A DNA stretch of 64,000 nt from Pseudomonadota bacterium (GTDB lineage: Bacteria; Desulfobacterota; Desulfobulbia; Desulfobulbales; Desulfocapsaceae). This document shows, piece by piece, positions 18,701 to 28,701 of the stretch. Every line of letters begins with the position of its first letter. The first letter of the stretch is position 1. The notes beneath the pieces were generated by a model. The model was not told where the DNA came from. It saw nothing but the letters and a program-made list of their open reading frames with translations, and made no database searches. The stretch lies in NCBI GenBank assembly GCA_018821785.1, contig JAHJLI010000039.1:8878-72877 (forward strand), given 5' to 3'. The position numbers were made by a program, and so were the translations under genes.

Positions 18701-19650
18701 ATATTCCAGTTCACTTCATGTCCGCCGATGACCCTGTTCCAGAGGCATTTTCTAAAGGTGCCATCGGCTATCTTACCAAACCGGTCAGCCAGGAAGACCT
18801 GGAACAAGCATTAGCCGTCCTTGAATCGATAATCGACAAGGATGTGAAAGATTTATTGCTCATCGAGGACAATGCTAATCAACGACAGGCTATTAGCAAA
18901 CTTGTCGGTGACCAAGACGTAGTTATCCAAGAGGTTTCTAGCGGGAAAGAGGCCATGGCAGCCCTCCGACAGAAGCATTTCGACTGTGTAATCATGGATC
19001 TGGGGCTGCCGGATATGTCAGGCTTCGAGTTGCTGAAGGCAATAGAGAAAGATCCGGGAGTAACACCTCCACCGATTATAGTCTACACCGGCAAAGAGTT
19101 GACGATCGATGAGGAATTAGAACTACGTAAATATTCAGAATCAATCATAATTAAAGGACTCCGCTCAGAGGAGAGGTTGCTTGATGAGACGTCTTTATTT
19201 CTGCATCGAATAGTTGAGAAAATGCCTGAAGAGAAAAGGCTGATGATTTCGTTGCTGCATGGTGGTGATCAAAATTTACGGGATAAAAATATCCTGATCG
19301 TCGATGACGATATGCGCAATGTCTTTGCCTTGTCGAAGGTATTACATGACAGAGGAATCAAGACCATTAAGGCGGAAAATGGCATCAAAGCACTGGAAAT
19401 ACTTAACCTGCGGCAAGATATCGATCTGGTTCTCATGGATATCATGATGCCGCAGATGGATGGCTACGAAACCATGAGAAGGATTCGTGCCCAGAGCAGA
19501 TTTGCACAACTGCCGATCATTGCCTTGACCGCCAAGGCCATGCAGCGTGATAAAGACGAATGTATTGCTGCCGGGGCCAGTGATTATCTGGCAAAACCGG
19601 TGGAAATCAATCGCCTGTTGTCTTTGATGCGCGTCTGGCTCTACAGATAG
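15736..19650 (+). CDS. Hybrid sensor kinase: Cache-like, HAMP, GAF, coiled coil, HisKA, HATPase, 3x REC
   Basis: Two TM segments; H-box FLANMSHELRTPLN; N-box KNFIANAFKFT; DTGIG; GGTGLGL; three receivers with Asp retained (ILDINLP, IMDLGLP, LMDIMMP). Confidence 0.93.
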   Translation: MKWWNRLSVRLTVFILFLAIIPLAGFGFTTLRDFQRVRLQSVAQIHKGLANNSAQLIQSSLADIAQVINLVAESTELESADPADKEWLLQLLIKSFPHLSSLTLAEIGGQELVKVGRDTVYNQKDLGKHSDHPEFLKKEDHHSVVGKLHAGSNKLLLLDLYIPLLSPMDRNVTSVLVAEIDMTKLLNFTTGLHVGETGYVYVVNAEGKYLAYPDQSAVLADEDALENPLVQDFVAGRKTLGPNQTYFNRYQIEVLSNARVVAEPKLLVVVDQPIEEAMAVVNLITKRQTLVLFSVLVFALVISVYFAVKIVKPLRLLESGAKLIGAGNLSHRIPVHSSDELGAVTQSFNVMVEDLQTTRSTSDQQNWLKQGITELDSLLRGDKSLEELCTEVVIFMANYLQQQAGLIYTLDTKGRYRYTAGYAVQPGTGSSSTFKIGEGLPGQAAREKRILYLTDIPVEYFSITSGLGNLLPRHLSIVPFVLNNQVEAVMELGTLHGLTELQKLFLEETAGAIAIILASARARRELGEALMQTRQQTEELHRQQEELQASNEEMEEQTQLLMASESKLKEQQEELQAANEELEEKTEYLERNKKNIEEKNQVLEQLGKDLEKKAEDLAIASKYKSEFLANMSHELRTPLNSLLLLSRLLVDNKEGNLLAEQVESAEIIYNSGNDLLSLINEILDLAKIEAGKMELKLAEIPLVELQDGLARNFRKLADEKGLSFEVATREDCPAAITSDRQRIEQVLKNFIANAFKFTNQGGVTVEICQPKATVVFSRPGLTNENTIAIDVRDTGIGIPVDKQKIVFEAFQQLEGGTARKYGGTGLGLSISRELANLLGGEIQLQSEENIGSTFTLFLPKDASTISTPRTSPAPEGTKRERAPGVTALSQPFAGKDDQQSINTVADDRETLGASDKTVLIIEDDIHFATTLLHFCKTKGFKVLIALSGEEGLKFAEEYQPKAIILDINLPGIDGWVVLESLKDNPATRHIPVHFMSADDPVPEAFSKGAIGYLTKPVSQEDLEQALAVLESIIDKDVKDLLLIEDNANQRQAISKLVGDQDVVIQEVSSGKEAMAALRQKHFDCVIMDLGLPDMSGFELLKAIEKDPGVTPPPIIVYTGKELTIDEELELRKYSESIIIKGLRSEERLLDETSLFLHRIVEKMPEEKRLMISLLHGGDQNLRDKNILIVDDDMRNVFALSKVLHDRGIKTIKAENGIKALEILNLRQDIDLVLMDIMMPQMDGYETMRRIRAQSRFAQLPIIALTAKAMQRDKDECIAAGASDYLAKPVEINRLLSLMRVWLYR

Positions 19651-19674
19651 ATTTTACCAGGGGAAAGAGAGTCA

Positions 19675-20499
19675 ATGAAACTGAGTGACATAGAAAACCT
19701 GGAAATTGACCTCCTGCTGGAAGCAATTTTTTTGCGATACGGCTACGACTTCAGAAGTTACGCCAGGGGCTCTATTCGTCGAAGGATTTTGCAATTCATG
19801 CAGATGACTGGAGTCGGCTCAGTTTCTGAAACGATCCCCAAAATCATTCATGATGAATCCTTTTTTCAACAAATGGCCAGGGAGTTCTCGATCACCGTGA
19901 CGGAAATGTTCAGGGATCCTCAAATGTTTTTGGCCCTCAGAAGAGAGATCGTCCCTCTCTTGAAAAGCTATCCGTATATCAAGGTCTGGCACGCCGGATG
20001 TGCCACCGGTGAGGAAGCATATTCTTTGGCGATCCTCATAGAGGAAGAAAAATTGGCGGAAAGAACCACTTTCTTTGCCACCGATTTTAATGACAATGCC
20101 CTGGAAAAGGCCAAAGAAGGTATTTTTAGTCTCGATTACGTGCAACAATACAGCCAAAACTACCAACAGGCGGGAGGCAAGATTTCATTATCCGACTATT
20201 ACCACGCCAACTACGGGGCAATGGCAATCAAGAGCGCTCTCAAAAAAAAGATCACCTTCGCCAATCACAATCTGGTAATAGACCAGGTCTTCACCGAGAC
20301 CCACCTCATTCTCTGTCGCAATGTGATGATTTATTTCAACAAAGAGCTACAAGAGAGAGTCGTTGGACTTTTCCATGAAAGCCTGGTTTACGGTGGTTTT
20401 TTATGTCTTGGGACAAAAGAAAGTCTGTTGTTTTCAAAGTATCAAAACAAGTTCAGGGAAATTGATACAAAGAACAAAATTTATCAGAAGATAGCCTGA
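19675..20499 (+). CDS. cheR: CheR-family protein-glutamate O-methyltransferase
   Basis: YGYDFRSY, SITVTEMFRDP, KVWHAGCATGEEAYSLAI, ATDFN, ILCRNVMIYF. Confidence 0.92.
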   Translation: MKLSDIENLEIDLLLEAIFLRYGYDFRSYARGSIRRRILQFMQMTGVGSVSETIPKIIHDESFFQQMAREFSITVTEMFRDPQMFLALRREIVPLLKSYPYIKVWHAGCATGEEAYSLAILIEEEKLAERTTFFATDFNDNALEKAKEGIFSLDYVQQYSQNYQQAGGKISLSDYYHANYGAMAIKSALKKKITFANHNLVIDQVFTETHLILCRNVMIYFNKELQERVVGLFHESLVYGGFLCLGTKESLLFSKYQNKFREIDTKNKIYQKIA

Positions 20500-21098
20500 T
20501 GGATAACCGCACTTACAAGGCAATAGCAATCGGCGGATCAGCGGGATCGATGGATGTGCTTTTACGACTTTTTGCATGTTTACCGAAGAAATTCAGCCTG
20601 CCGATAATTGTCGTTTGTCATCTCCACCCTTGCGATGAAGGTGGTCTTATAGAGGTTTTCACCCGTCATGCACCGCTTATCGTTAAAGAGGTTGCCGACA
20701 AAGAGCTGATACAAGCAGGCCATATTTATTTCCCCCCGGCCAATTATCATTTGCTGGTCGAGAGGGATAGAACATTTGCCCTGTCCATTGATGCCAAAGT
20801 AAATTATTCCCGTCCATCGATCGATGTCTTTTTTGAAAGTGCGGCAGCTGTCTGGGGTGATGAACTGATCGGCATAATTCTCACTGGTGCCAATAAAGAC
20901 GGGGCTGCGGGTATTCAGGTGATTAAAAAGCATGGTGGCCTGACAATTGCTCAAGATCCCAGGGAAGCAGCGTATCCGGCTATGGTGCAGGCGGCAATTG
21001 ATACTGGAGATGTTGATCAAATACTTTGCACCGAAGAAATCTGCAAGTTTCTGCAAATGCTTCCCGTCAGTTGCACCGGGCATGTAATTGAGGAATGA
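20499..21098 (+). CDS. cheB: CheB-type methylesterase (catalytic domain only, no REC)
   Basis: GGSAG (Ser), VCHL (His), SRPSIDVFF, LTGANKDG (Asp). Confidence 0.9.
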   Translation: MDNRTYKAIAIGGSAGSMDVLLRLFACLPKKFSLPIIVVCHLHPCDEGGLIEVFTRHAPLIVKEVADKELIQAGHIYFPPANYHLLVERDRTFALSIDAKVNYSRPSIDVFFESAAAVWGDELIGIILTGANKDGAAGIQVIKKHGGLTIAQDPREAAYPAMVQAAIDTGDVDQILCTEEICKFLQMLPVSCTGHVIEE

Positions 21099-23161
21099 CT
21101 CGTATGAACCGAAAACAGAAAATACTCATTGTCGACGACAAGCCGGCCAATCTGTTTAGCCTTGAAATGATTTTAAAAGAAACAGGTGCTGAAATCATAA
21201 AGGCAACCAACGGCAATGAAGCTCTTGTCGCTTCACTGAACCATGATTTTGCCATTGCTCTGCTTGATGTCGAGATGCCGAATATGGATGGCTATGAACT
21301 TGCCGAGCTCTTGCGCAGCGAGGAAAAAACTAAAGAGTTGCCGATTCTCTTTGTCTCTGCCGTCTATTCCAGCGACTACCATGTTTTCAAGGGTTATGAA
21401 GCCGGAGCCGTTGACTTTATGGTCAAACCCTACAACGCCGAGGTGTTGCTCAGCAAAGTCAGGGTCTTCCTTAAGCTGGATCTGCAGAAAAATCTTTTGA
21501 ATGAAGCGAATGCCGGACTTGCCACAACCAATGACACCCTGGAACTCCGGGTGCAGGAAAAAACCGCCGACCTCAACCGGATGCTGACTGAGCTTCGCAC
21601 AGAAATAGAGAGAAGACAACAGGCCGAAAAGGAAATTCTTAAAGCCAAAAAAGAATGGCAGGAGATCTTTGAAGCTATTGGGCATATGACCATGATCCTT
21701 GACAAGGATCATACCGTCATTGCTGCCAACAGGGCTACCGTGGAAAAAACAGGTCTGCCCCTTGAAAAAATCATCGGTCGGAAATGCCATACAATCTTCC
21801 ATAATACGCAGCAGCCATTGGCGGGTTGTCCGCTTTCGACCATGTTGCAGAAGGCCAGTTCCCAGGTGATCACCTCGGAAATTGAGGCTCTCGGAAAAAC
21901 ATTTATCGTTTCCTGTACTCCGGTATTTGATGAAAAAGGCGGATTGGAAAAGATCATCCACATCGCAACCGATATTACTGCCATTAAACACATGAAAAAG
22001 GAACTCATACAGGCCCATAAGATGGAGGCGATCGGGTCTCTCGCCGGCGGTATCGCCCATGACTTTAACAACATCCTCTCGGCAGTATTGGGGTTCACCG
22101 AGCTCTCACTGAGAAGGGTGGAGAAAGGTTCGGCGCTGGAAGAAGATTTGCATCAGATCTATACAGCAGGGATTCGGGCAAGAGATCTGGTGAAGCAGAT
22201 CCTCAATTTTGCCCGTAAAACCGATGAGAATCCAAAACCTGTTCGTATCGATCTTGTTGCCAAAGAGGTGGTCAAGTTCCTCCGTTCATCCATTGCCAGC
22301 TCCATTGAAATCACTGAAAATATTGCCAGCAGGTCTCATGTTTTGGCAAATCCCGTCAAAATACACCAGCTCTTCATGAACCTCTGCACCAATGCGGCAT
22401 TTGCCATGAACGACTCCGGCGTGTTGAAGGTATCGCTTGAGGATGTGCTCTTGACTGAAGCTGACCTGCCCTCCGACAAACCGATGCTCCCGGGCCCTTA
22501 CCAGCGCCTGGAGGTGTCGGACAACGGTTGCGGTATACCGCCGGACATCATCGACATCATTTTTCAGCCCTTTTTCACCACCAAAGGGCTCCATGAAGGC
22601 ACCGGCATGGGACTGGCGATGGTTCATACCATTGTCAAGGAATGCGTCGGCGACATCTCGGTTGCCAGTGAGGTGGGAAAAGGAACTGTCTTCACAATCC
22701 TTCTGCCGATTACGACAATGGAGGAAAAACAAGAGACGTTCAACAGCGGAGAAATCCTGCCGCAAGGCAATGAAAGGATCCTGTTGGTAGATGACGAGAT
22801 ACCAATCTGCAAGCTTGCTTCCCGGATACTCGAAGGCTATGGCTACAAGGTGACCACAGAGACCGACAGTGAAAAAGCCTTAGCCCTTTTCGCGGCGCAA
22901 CCGGATGCATTCGACTTGGTTGTGACGGATATGACCATGCCAAAAATATCAGGAAGTGAGCTGACGGAAAAGCTTCTGCAAATGCGACCTGGGCTGCCGA
23001 TTATCATTGCCACAGGGTATAGCAGAAAAATGTCGGACGCTGAGGCGCTCGAACTCGGAGCCAGATTATTTCTTGCAAAACCGTTCGAAAAAACATGCTT
23101 GGTCAGAGCGGTAAGAAAAGTTCTGGATGAAAACGGTTTGCTCAAGAACACTGAGGAATAA
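21095..23161 (+). CDS. Hybrid histidine kinase REC-PAS-HisKA-HATPase-REC
   Basis: IVDDKPANL/LLDVEMP; PAS with CH..F...C; GIAHDFNNILS; MNLCTNA; GTGMGL; C-terminal REC VVTDMTMP. Confidence 0.92.
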   Translation: MTRMNRKQKILIVDDKPANLFSLEMILKETGAEIIKATNGNEALVASLNHDFAIALLDVEMPNMDGYELAELLRSEEKTKELPILFVSAVYSSDYHVFKGYEAGAVDFMVKPYNAEVLLSKVRVFLKLDLQKNLLNEANAGLATTNDTLELRVQEKTADLNRMLTELRTEIERRQQAEKEILKAKKEWQEIFEAIGHMTMILDKDHTVIAANRATVEKTGLPLEKIIGRKCHTIFHNTQQPLAGCPLSTMLQKASSQVITSEIEALGKTFIVSCTPVFDEKGGLEKIIHIATDITAIKHMKKELIQAHKMEAIGSLAGGIAHDFNNILSAVLGFTELSLRRVEKGSALEEDLHQIYTAGIRARDLVKQILNFARKTDENPKPVRIDLVAKEVVKFLRSSIASSIEITENIASRSHVLANPVKIHQLFMNLCTNAAFAMNDSGVLKVSLEDVLLTEADLPSDKPMLPGPYQRLEVSDNGCGIPPDIIDIIFQPFFTTKGLHEGTGMGLAMVHTIVKECVGDISVASEVGKGTVFTILLPITTMEEKQETFNSGEILPQGNERILLVDDEIPICKLASRILEGYGYKVTTETDSEKALALFAAQPDAFDLVVTDMTMPKISGSELTEKLLQMRPGLPIIIATGYSRKMSDAEALELGARLFLAKPFEKTCLVRAVRKVLDENGLLKNTEE

Positions 23162-23200
23162 ATCCTCCAATCATCGTTATTTCTGAGACTCTCACACAAT

Positions 23201-26110
23201 ATGGCGCAAACACAATGTGTTGTAAAAGCGGGAATTACCTCCCTTCCCACGATCCTGAGGACGTTTATTGTCCTCCTCTGGTGCCTTGCCTCACCACCAG
23301 CAGCATATGCCGACCACCTGGCCGAGGGTCCAACACACCTCCAATCGGCAAGCGAGCTGGACTATCCACCATTTGCCATAGTCAAACCCGACGGCACCGC
23401 CGACGGTTTTTCCGTTGAACTGCTGCAGGCGGCAGTGGAAGCAGCTGGAAAAACAATTTCCTTCAAGATCGGTCCGTGGCACGAACTGAAAGAGGAACTG
23501 GCGACCGGCATACTCGATGTGTTGCCGCTGGTATCCTATTCCAAAGAACGCCATAAAATTTACGATTTTACTGCACCTTACCTGCGAATGAACGGAACAG
23601 TGTTTGTGCGCAAAAATACCACAGACATCAAGAGTATTGCCGACTTGAAGGGCAAAGAAGTGCTGGTTATGAAGGGGGACACCGCCCACGAATATGTGGT
23701 CCAGGAAAATCTGACCGATAAGATTTTCCCGACAGTTTCCTATGACGAGGCATTCCAACGGTTGGCACAAGGACAGCATGATGCGGTTGTCGTACAGCAA
23801 CTCGTAGGACTGCAGATGCTCAAAAAATTACATATCGACAATGTGGTGGCCGTTGCAAGCAAAGGTATTGGCACTCTGAAACCGGTTGCATTACGACTTG
23901 ACGGCTTCGAACAGAATTTCTGCTTTGCAGTGAAGGAAGGCAACCATGAGTTGCTCTCACAGCTCAATGAGGGTCTGGCGGTTCTTTACCTGAATGGCAC
24001 CTACGAGGCCCTTTACAAAAAGTGGTTCTGGCCGATTTTGCCACCACTTGAACACTCTTTGTGGCAAATTATTAAGGAATTATTGTTCATACTGGTTCCT
24101 CTTCTTCTCATCTTGTCGTTATTGGTGATGTGGTACCTGAAACGGCTAGTGTCCCAAAAGACCATGCATCTCGAAGAAGAAATCAAAAGGCGTAAACGCA
24201 TCGAAATTTCGCTGGAAGAAGCCAACGCCAATTATATTAAAGCCCAGGCAATCGGCAGGGTGGGAAATTGGACATATGACATTGCCACAAACACATTTTT
24301 GGGTTCCGCCGAAACCAGAAGGATCTTTGGTTTCGATAGCCATTCTTCATCCTTGAGTCTCGAGGCGGTGGAAGCCTGTATTCGCGAAAGAGACAGAGTT
24401 CATCAAGCCCTCATTGATCTCATTGAAAAAGGCACTTCTTACAATTTGGAATTTGAAATAATCACCCAGAATACTGCGCAGGTGCGGGCTGTTAAAGCAC
24501 GGGCGGAGCTCAGTTATAATTCCTTGGGAAAACCACAGGTGGTCAATGGTATACTCCAGGATATTACAGAGCAAAAACTAGTTGCCGAAGCATTGCAAGA
24601 GAGTGAGAGATTTCTTAGAGAAGTGGGCGCCATAGCCCGAATTGGCGGTTGGGAACATGACCTGATAGCCCGCACTGCCAGATGGACTGAAGAAACATTC
24701 AAAATTGTCGAGATGGAAGCGGGACCTGTGCCCGGCCCCGATGAGCATTTGAGCTATTATCCAGCGGAAGACAGGGCTATTCTTGAAAAAGAATATCGAC
24801 AAGCAATGAAAACCGGCAAAAAGTTTGATCTTGAACTTCAAGGTAATACAAGCAAAGGGAGATTGATTTGGGTTCGAGTCATTGGACACCCGGTATTCAA
24901 TGATGGAAAATGTGTCAAGATGCGAGGTACCTTTCAGGACATTACCGACAAAAAACGCATGCTGGAGAATATGCTGCAGTCCCAGAGACTGGAATCAATT
25001 GGTGTGCTTGCTGGAGGAATATCACATGATTTCAACAACATATTAAGCGCAATCCTGGGTTTCACTGAACTTGCCCTGGAGAATGAATCGGCAAATTCAC
25101 AACTGCGGGATGATCTGCAAGAAATTTACGCAGCAGGCCGCAGGGCCAAGGAACTGGTTCAACAAATTCTCACCTTCAGCCGTGAAAAGTATCAGACTCC
25201 TTGCCCGCTCAGCGTCCCGGTCATTGTCAACGACGCAGTGAGGCTTCTCCGGGCAACATTTCCAGCAACTATTTCTATGGTAATTGATGCTGAGGAAAAT
25301 GTGCGCCCTGTTCTGGCAGATCCTATACAACTTCAACAGGCCATAATGAATATCTGCACCAATGCCTGCCAGGCGATGGAAGGAAAAGGAGGGGCTTTGA
25401 CAATAAAGGTGCAAGAAACGGTGGCTTCGGAGAGCTTGCTCGAAGAACAACCGCATCTCAGCCCCGGCGCATATATTGCGTTGAAAATTCAGGATACCGG
25501 CATTGGTATCATGGCAGAGAGACTCGGTTTAATTTTTGACCCCTACTTCACCACCAAACATTTAGGGGATGGTACAGGACTTGGTCTGGCGGTGACCTAT
25601 GGGATTGTCCGGGAAATGAGAGGGGCTATAATTGTTGAGTCGGAACCGGGACAGGGGAGTATCTTTACCGTCTTCCTGCCGGTTGTCGATCAGGAACTGC
25701 GGGAAATCCCTTCCGCCGACCCGGAGACCCCCTGTCTACCTGGCGGAACCGAACGTATCCTGATTGTTGACGATGAGTTGCCAATTCTCAAACTTACCTC
25801 AAGGGTGTTGGAAGAACATGGCTATACGGTAACAACAGCGGAAAATGGCGTGGTGGCACTTGAGAAATTCAAAAACGACCCTCAGGCCTATGATCTGGTT
25901 ATCAGCGATGTCAGTATGCCAACACTCTCCGGAGACCAGCTGGCGAAGGCGATGCTGACTATCCGCCCTGATTTACCCATACTTCTTGCCAGCGGTTACA
26001 GTAAGACGGTCACGGAAGAAACAGCTTTGCAAGACGGAGTGAAGGGTTTGTTGCAGAAACCGGTTTCCGAGGAAAGTTTATTGCGAGCAGTGCGACAGGT
26101 TCTGCCATGA
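23201..26110 (+). CDS. Hybrid histidine kinase with N-terminal SBP_bac_3 sensor, 2x PAS, HisKA, HATPase, REC
   Basis: DYPPFAI...DGFSVELL (PBPb); TM; two IGxWxxD PAS starts; GISHDFNNILS; VISDVSMP. Confidence 0.92.
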   Translation: MAQTQCVVKAGITSLPTILRTFIVLLWCLASPPAAYADHLAEGPTHLQSASELDYPPFAIVKPDGTADGFSVELLQAAVEAAGKTISFKIGPWHELKEELATGILDVLPLVSYSKERHKIYDFTAPYLRMNGTVFVRKNTTDIKSIADLKGKEVLVMKGDTAHEYVVQENLTDKIFPTVSYDEAFQRLAQGQHDAVVVQQLVGLQMLKKLHIDNVVAVASKGIGTLKPVALRLDGFEQNFCFAVKEGNHELLSQLNEGLAVLYLNGTYEALYKKWFWPILPPLEHSLWQIIKELLFILVPLLLILSLLVMWYLKRLVSQKTMHLEEEIKRRKRIEISLEEANANYIKAQAIGRVGNWTYDIATNTFLGSAETRRIFGFDSHSSSLSLEAVEACIRERDRVHQALIDLIEKGTSYNLEFEIITQNTAQVRAVKARAELSYNSLGKPQVVNGILQDITEQKLVAEALQESERFLREVGAIARIGGWEHDLIARTARWTEETFKIVEMEAGPVPGPDEHLSYYPAEDRAILEKEYRQAMKTGKKFDLELQGNTSKGRLIWVRVIGHPVFNDGKCVKMRGTFQDITDKKRMLENMLQSQRLESIGVLAGGISHDFNNILSAILGFTELALENESANSQLRDDLQEIYAAGRRAKELVQQILTFSREKYQTPCPLSVPVIVNDAVRLLRATFPATISMVIDAEENVRPVLADPIQLQQAIMNICTNACQAMEGKGGALTIKVQETVASESLLEEQPHLSPGAYIALKIQDTGIGIMAERLGLIFDPYFTTKHLGDGTGLGLAVTYGIVREMRGAIIVESEPGQGSIFTVFLPVVDQELREIPSADPETPCLPGGTERILIVDDELPILKLTSRVLEEHGYTVTTAENGVVALEKFKNDPQAYDLVISDVSMPTLSGDQLAKAMLTIRPDLPILLASGYSKTVTEETALQDGVKGLLQKPVSEESLLRAVRQVLP

Positions 26111-26160
26111 CCTGACAGAAACAACTTGCACACAATCTCTCCCAATTTATAGAAAAAAAC

Positions 26161-27771
26161 ATGGAAACGAGAATACTGATTGTCGATGATGAAGATGTGG
26201 TGCAGACCTTGCTGAGCAGGTTCCTGCGTGAAGCAGGCTATGTCTGCCGCTGTGCCGGAGATGTAGCATCCGGAAAGAGATTACTGTCCTCTGAGAAATT
26301 CGACCTTCTTTTCTGCGACCTCAATATGCCTGGAGAGAACGGTCTGGAACTCCTCAAGCACGCCAAAGACCATTATCCCCAAATGGGTAGGATAGTAGTT
26401 ACCGGTCTTGAGTCCCAGGATATTGCCAGTGAGGTTTTAGAAATCGGGGTATACGGGTACATCATTAAACCCATAACGGCCAACGTTCTCCTGATCACAG
26501 CCGAAAATGCCTTGCGCCATTTGCGTTTTGACCTGCATCTCGACGCCTACAAAAATGATCTTGAACAGAAAATATTCCAGCGAACAGAGAAACTCGATGC
26601 GATAATGAACAGTCTCCATATCGGAGTGGTTATGCTATCTCTTGATATGGAGATTTTGGAGATGAACAAAAAGATGCGGGCATATTTTCCCGATGCTCCC
26701 TCTGGAAAAACCACACTGTGCTATCAGACATTCATGGGTGTACCAAGGGATGAAATATGTGAGGCTTGCCCAATGGTGGCAACCTTCAAGAGCGGTAACT
26801 CGGTTGAAGTGTTAAGAAAAATCAGGGTTACAAGTGCCCAGGCCGAAAGATGCTTCAGAATTGTGACGTCGCCCATTTTCGATCAAAACGGGGATATTTA
26901 TGCCGGCATCTCTCTTTATGAGGATATCACTGAGCGATTGGCGATGGAAAGTAATCTGCGCCAGGCCCAAAAACTCGAATCGGTCGGTCAATTAGCGGCG
27001 GGCATTGCCCATGAAATTAATAGCCCGATTCAATTCATTGGTGATAATTTACGATTCTTAAAGGACACTTTCGGAGATCTGACCAAGGTCATGGAAGTGT
27101 ACGAGGGAGTGTGGGAGCGCATGGGTGGAGGGGTTCCCGAAGAACTCCGGCAGCAGCTAGCAAACACCGTAGAAGAGGCAGATCTTGCCTATCTCAAGGA
27201 AGAAATCCCCAAAACCTTTGAACAAAGCTTCGATGGAGTTCAGCGGGTAGAAAAAATCGTGCGGGCAATGAAGGATTTCTCACACCCCGGTGGAGATGAA
27301 AAAACGTCGATTGATATTAACAAAACGATAGAGTCGACAGCGACAGTCTGCCGAAATGAATGGAAATACGTAGCCAAGATGTCTCTTGATCTTGATCCGG
27401 ATTTGCCGTTTCTCTCCTGTTTCGCCGGAGAAATAAGCCAAGTCTTGCTGAATATCATTGTCAATGGTGCCCATGCTATAAGCGATGTTACTTCCGGCGG
27501 CAGCAAAGGTTTAGGAGAAATTCGTATTGCGACGCATAAAACCCCTTCCGGTGTTCAAATTCGTGTCAGCGACACAGGCGGTGGTATTCCAGAAAAAGTT
27601 CGGGAGCGGATTTTCGATCCTTTTTTCACCACCAAAGAGCGAGGCAAAGGCACGGGACAAGGATTAGCCATAGCCCACAGGGTGGTGGTCGAAAAGCATA
27701 AAGGCACACTCTCCTTTGAAACAGAAATGGGTCGAGGTACAACATTTGTCATCGATCTTCCAAATCAATGA
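26161..27771 (+). CDS. REC-PAS-histidine kinase (NtrB-like)
   Basis: ILIVDDE/FCDLNMP; GIAHEINSPIQF; LLNIIVNGAHA; DTGGGI; GTGQGL. Confidence 0.92.
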   Translation: METRILIVDDEDVVQTLLSRFLREAGYVCRCAGDVASGKRLLSSEKFDLLFCDLNMPGENGLELLKHAKDHYPQMGRIVVTGLESQDIASEVLEIGVYGYIIKPITANVLLITAENALRHLRFDLHLDAYKNDLEQKIFQRTEKLDAIMNSLHIGVVMLSLDMEILEMNKKMRAYFPDAPSGKTTLCYQTFMGVPRDEICEACPMVATFKSGNSVEVLRKIRVTSAQAERCFRIVTSPIFDQNGDIYAGISLYEDITERLAMESNLRQAQKLESVGQLAAGIAHEINSPIQFIGDNLRFLKDTFGDLTKVMEVYEGVWERMGGGVPEELRQQLANTVEEADLAYLKEEIPKTFEQSFDGVQRVEKIVRAMKDFSHPGGDEKTSIDINKTIESTATVCRNEWKYVAKMSLDLDPDLPFLSCFAGEISQVLLNIIVNGAHAISDVTSGGSKGLGEIRIATHKTPSGVQIRVSDTGGGIPEKVRERIFDPFFTTKERGKGTGQGLAIAHRVVVEKHKGTLSFETEMGRGTTFVIDLPNQ

Positions 27772-28122
27772 AAGAAACCCCAGGGCTGGTCGTTCACATG
27801 TCCGAACAGGACCAAAATCCGTAGTCACACGACAAAAATCACTACTCTGCGCAAACCCATTACCAGTAATGGTAACAGCCGATTTGTGAACTTACTGCCC
27901 GCAAACGTAGGAAAAATATCTGTTCCTTTTTTTCTTTTAACTGCGAAAATACTATGTCAAGAAATTGAGCTGGAATTACTTGTAAGGGAAAAAGAAGATA
28001 GGTACTGATTTATGATGGAGGCATAGCTACTATCCAGTGTAAGAGATGTCTCTGGGAAAAATAAATCAACGGCACTATACGGTTTGGCTGAGATGCTTCC
28101 TCATTCTTTTCAGATCGTTGTA

Positions 28123-28590
28123 TTAGAAAATTCCAAAATCGATCCCAGCCGCCATGGTTTGGCCAAGCTCTTCCACCGCGTCGTCGTCCTGGGTATTGGG
28201 TGAACCGACAACCCTCAGGTGGGGCTGCACCTTTTTCCATTTGTAGCCGGCGGCAAGTCGTTCAATTTGGGCAATTGCCCCGCGGCCGTCATTGCCGGCA
28301 CAGACAAAAACCACATACGGCAGCCCAATTGTTTTCTCGTGTGCGACTTCATAGGTCCGATCAAAAAAATCCTTTATCATGCCCGCCATCGTTCCGAAAT
28401 ATTCAGGCGAACCAATGGCAATCCCATGACAATTCAGCAGATCCTCTATGGTTGCATCGGTGGCTTTTTTAAAGATTACCTCAATGTTCTGCTCTTTTGC
28501 AGCCCCTGCTGCAAATCGCGTTGCCATACGTTTCATGGTGCCACCCTGGGAATGATACACCACCAGGATACGTTTCTTTGGTGTTTCCAA
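28123..28590 (-). CDS. Flavodoxin-like (WrbA-type) protein
   Basis: VVYHSQGGTMKRMA, IGSPEYFGTMAGMIKDFFDR; probable TTG start at 28590 after AAGGAG. Confidence 0.8.
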   Translation of the reverse strand: METPKKRILVVYHSQGGTMKRMATRFAAGAAKEQNIEVIFKKATDATIEDLLNCHGIAIGSPEYFGTMAGMIKDFFDRTYEVAHEKTIGLPYVVFVCAGNDGRGAIAQIERLAAGYKWKKVQPHLRVVGSPNTQDDDAVEELGQTMAAGIDFGIF

Positions 28591-28701
28591 TAGCAGCTCC
28601 TTTAAGTTTGACGTTACTGCCGCATCATTATTTGCCGATTTACACTGAAAAATGCAGTACAATAGAGACTGCTCAGCGATTCCATAAACCTTCTTTCATT
28701 T

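Noticed and set aside
19675-21098. Classical chemotaxis operon
   Set aside because: No cheA, cheW, stand-alone cheY or MCP in the window, and CheB lacks its receiver domain.
27845-27885. c-di-GMP-I riboswitch-like GCAAACCCATT...AATGG
   Set aside because: Lacks the GNRA loop and the following GACGCAAAGCC/P3 segment; no suitably placed downstream gene.
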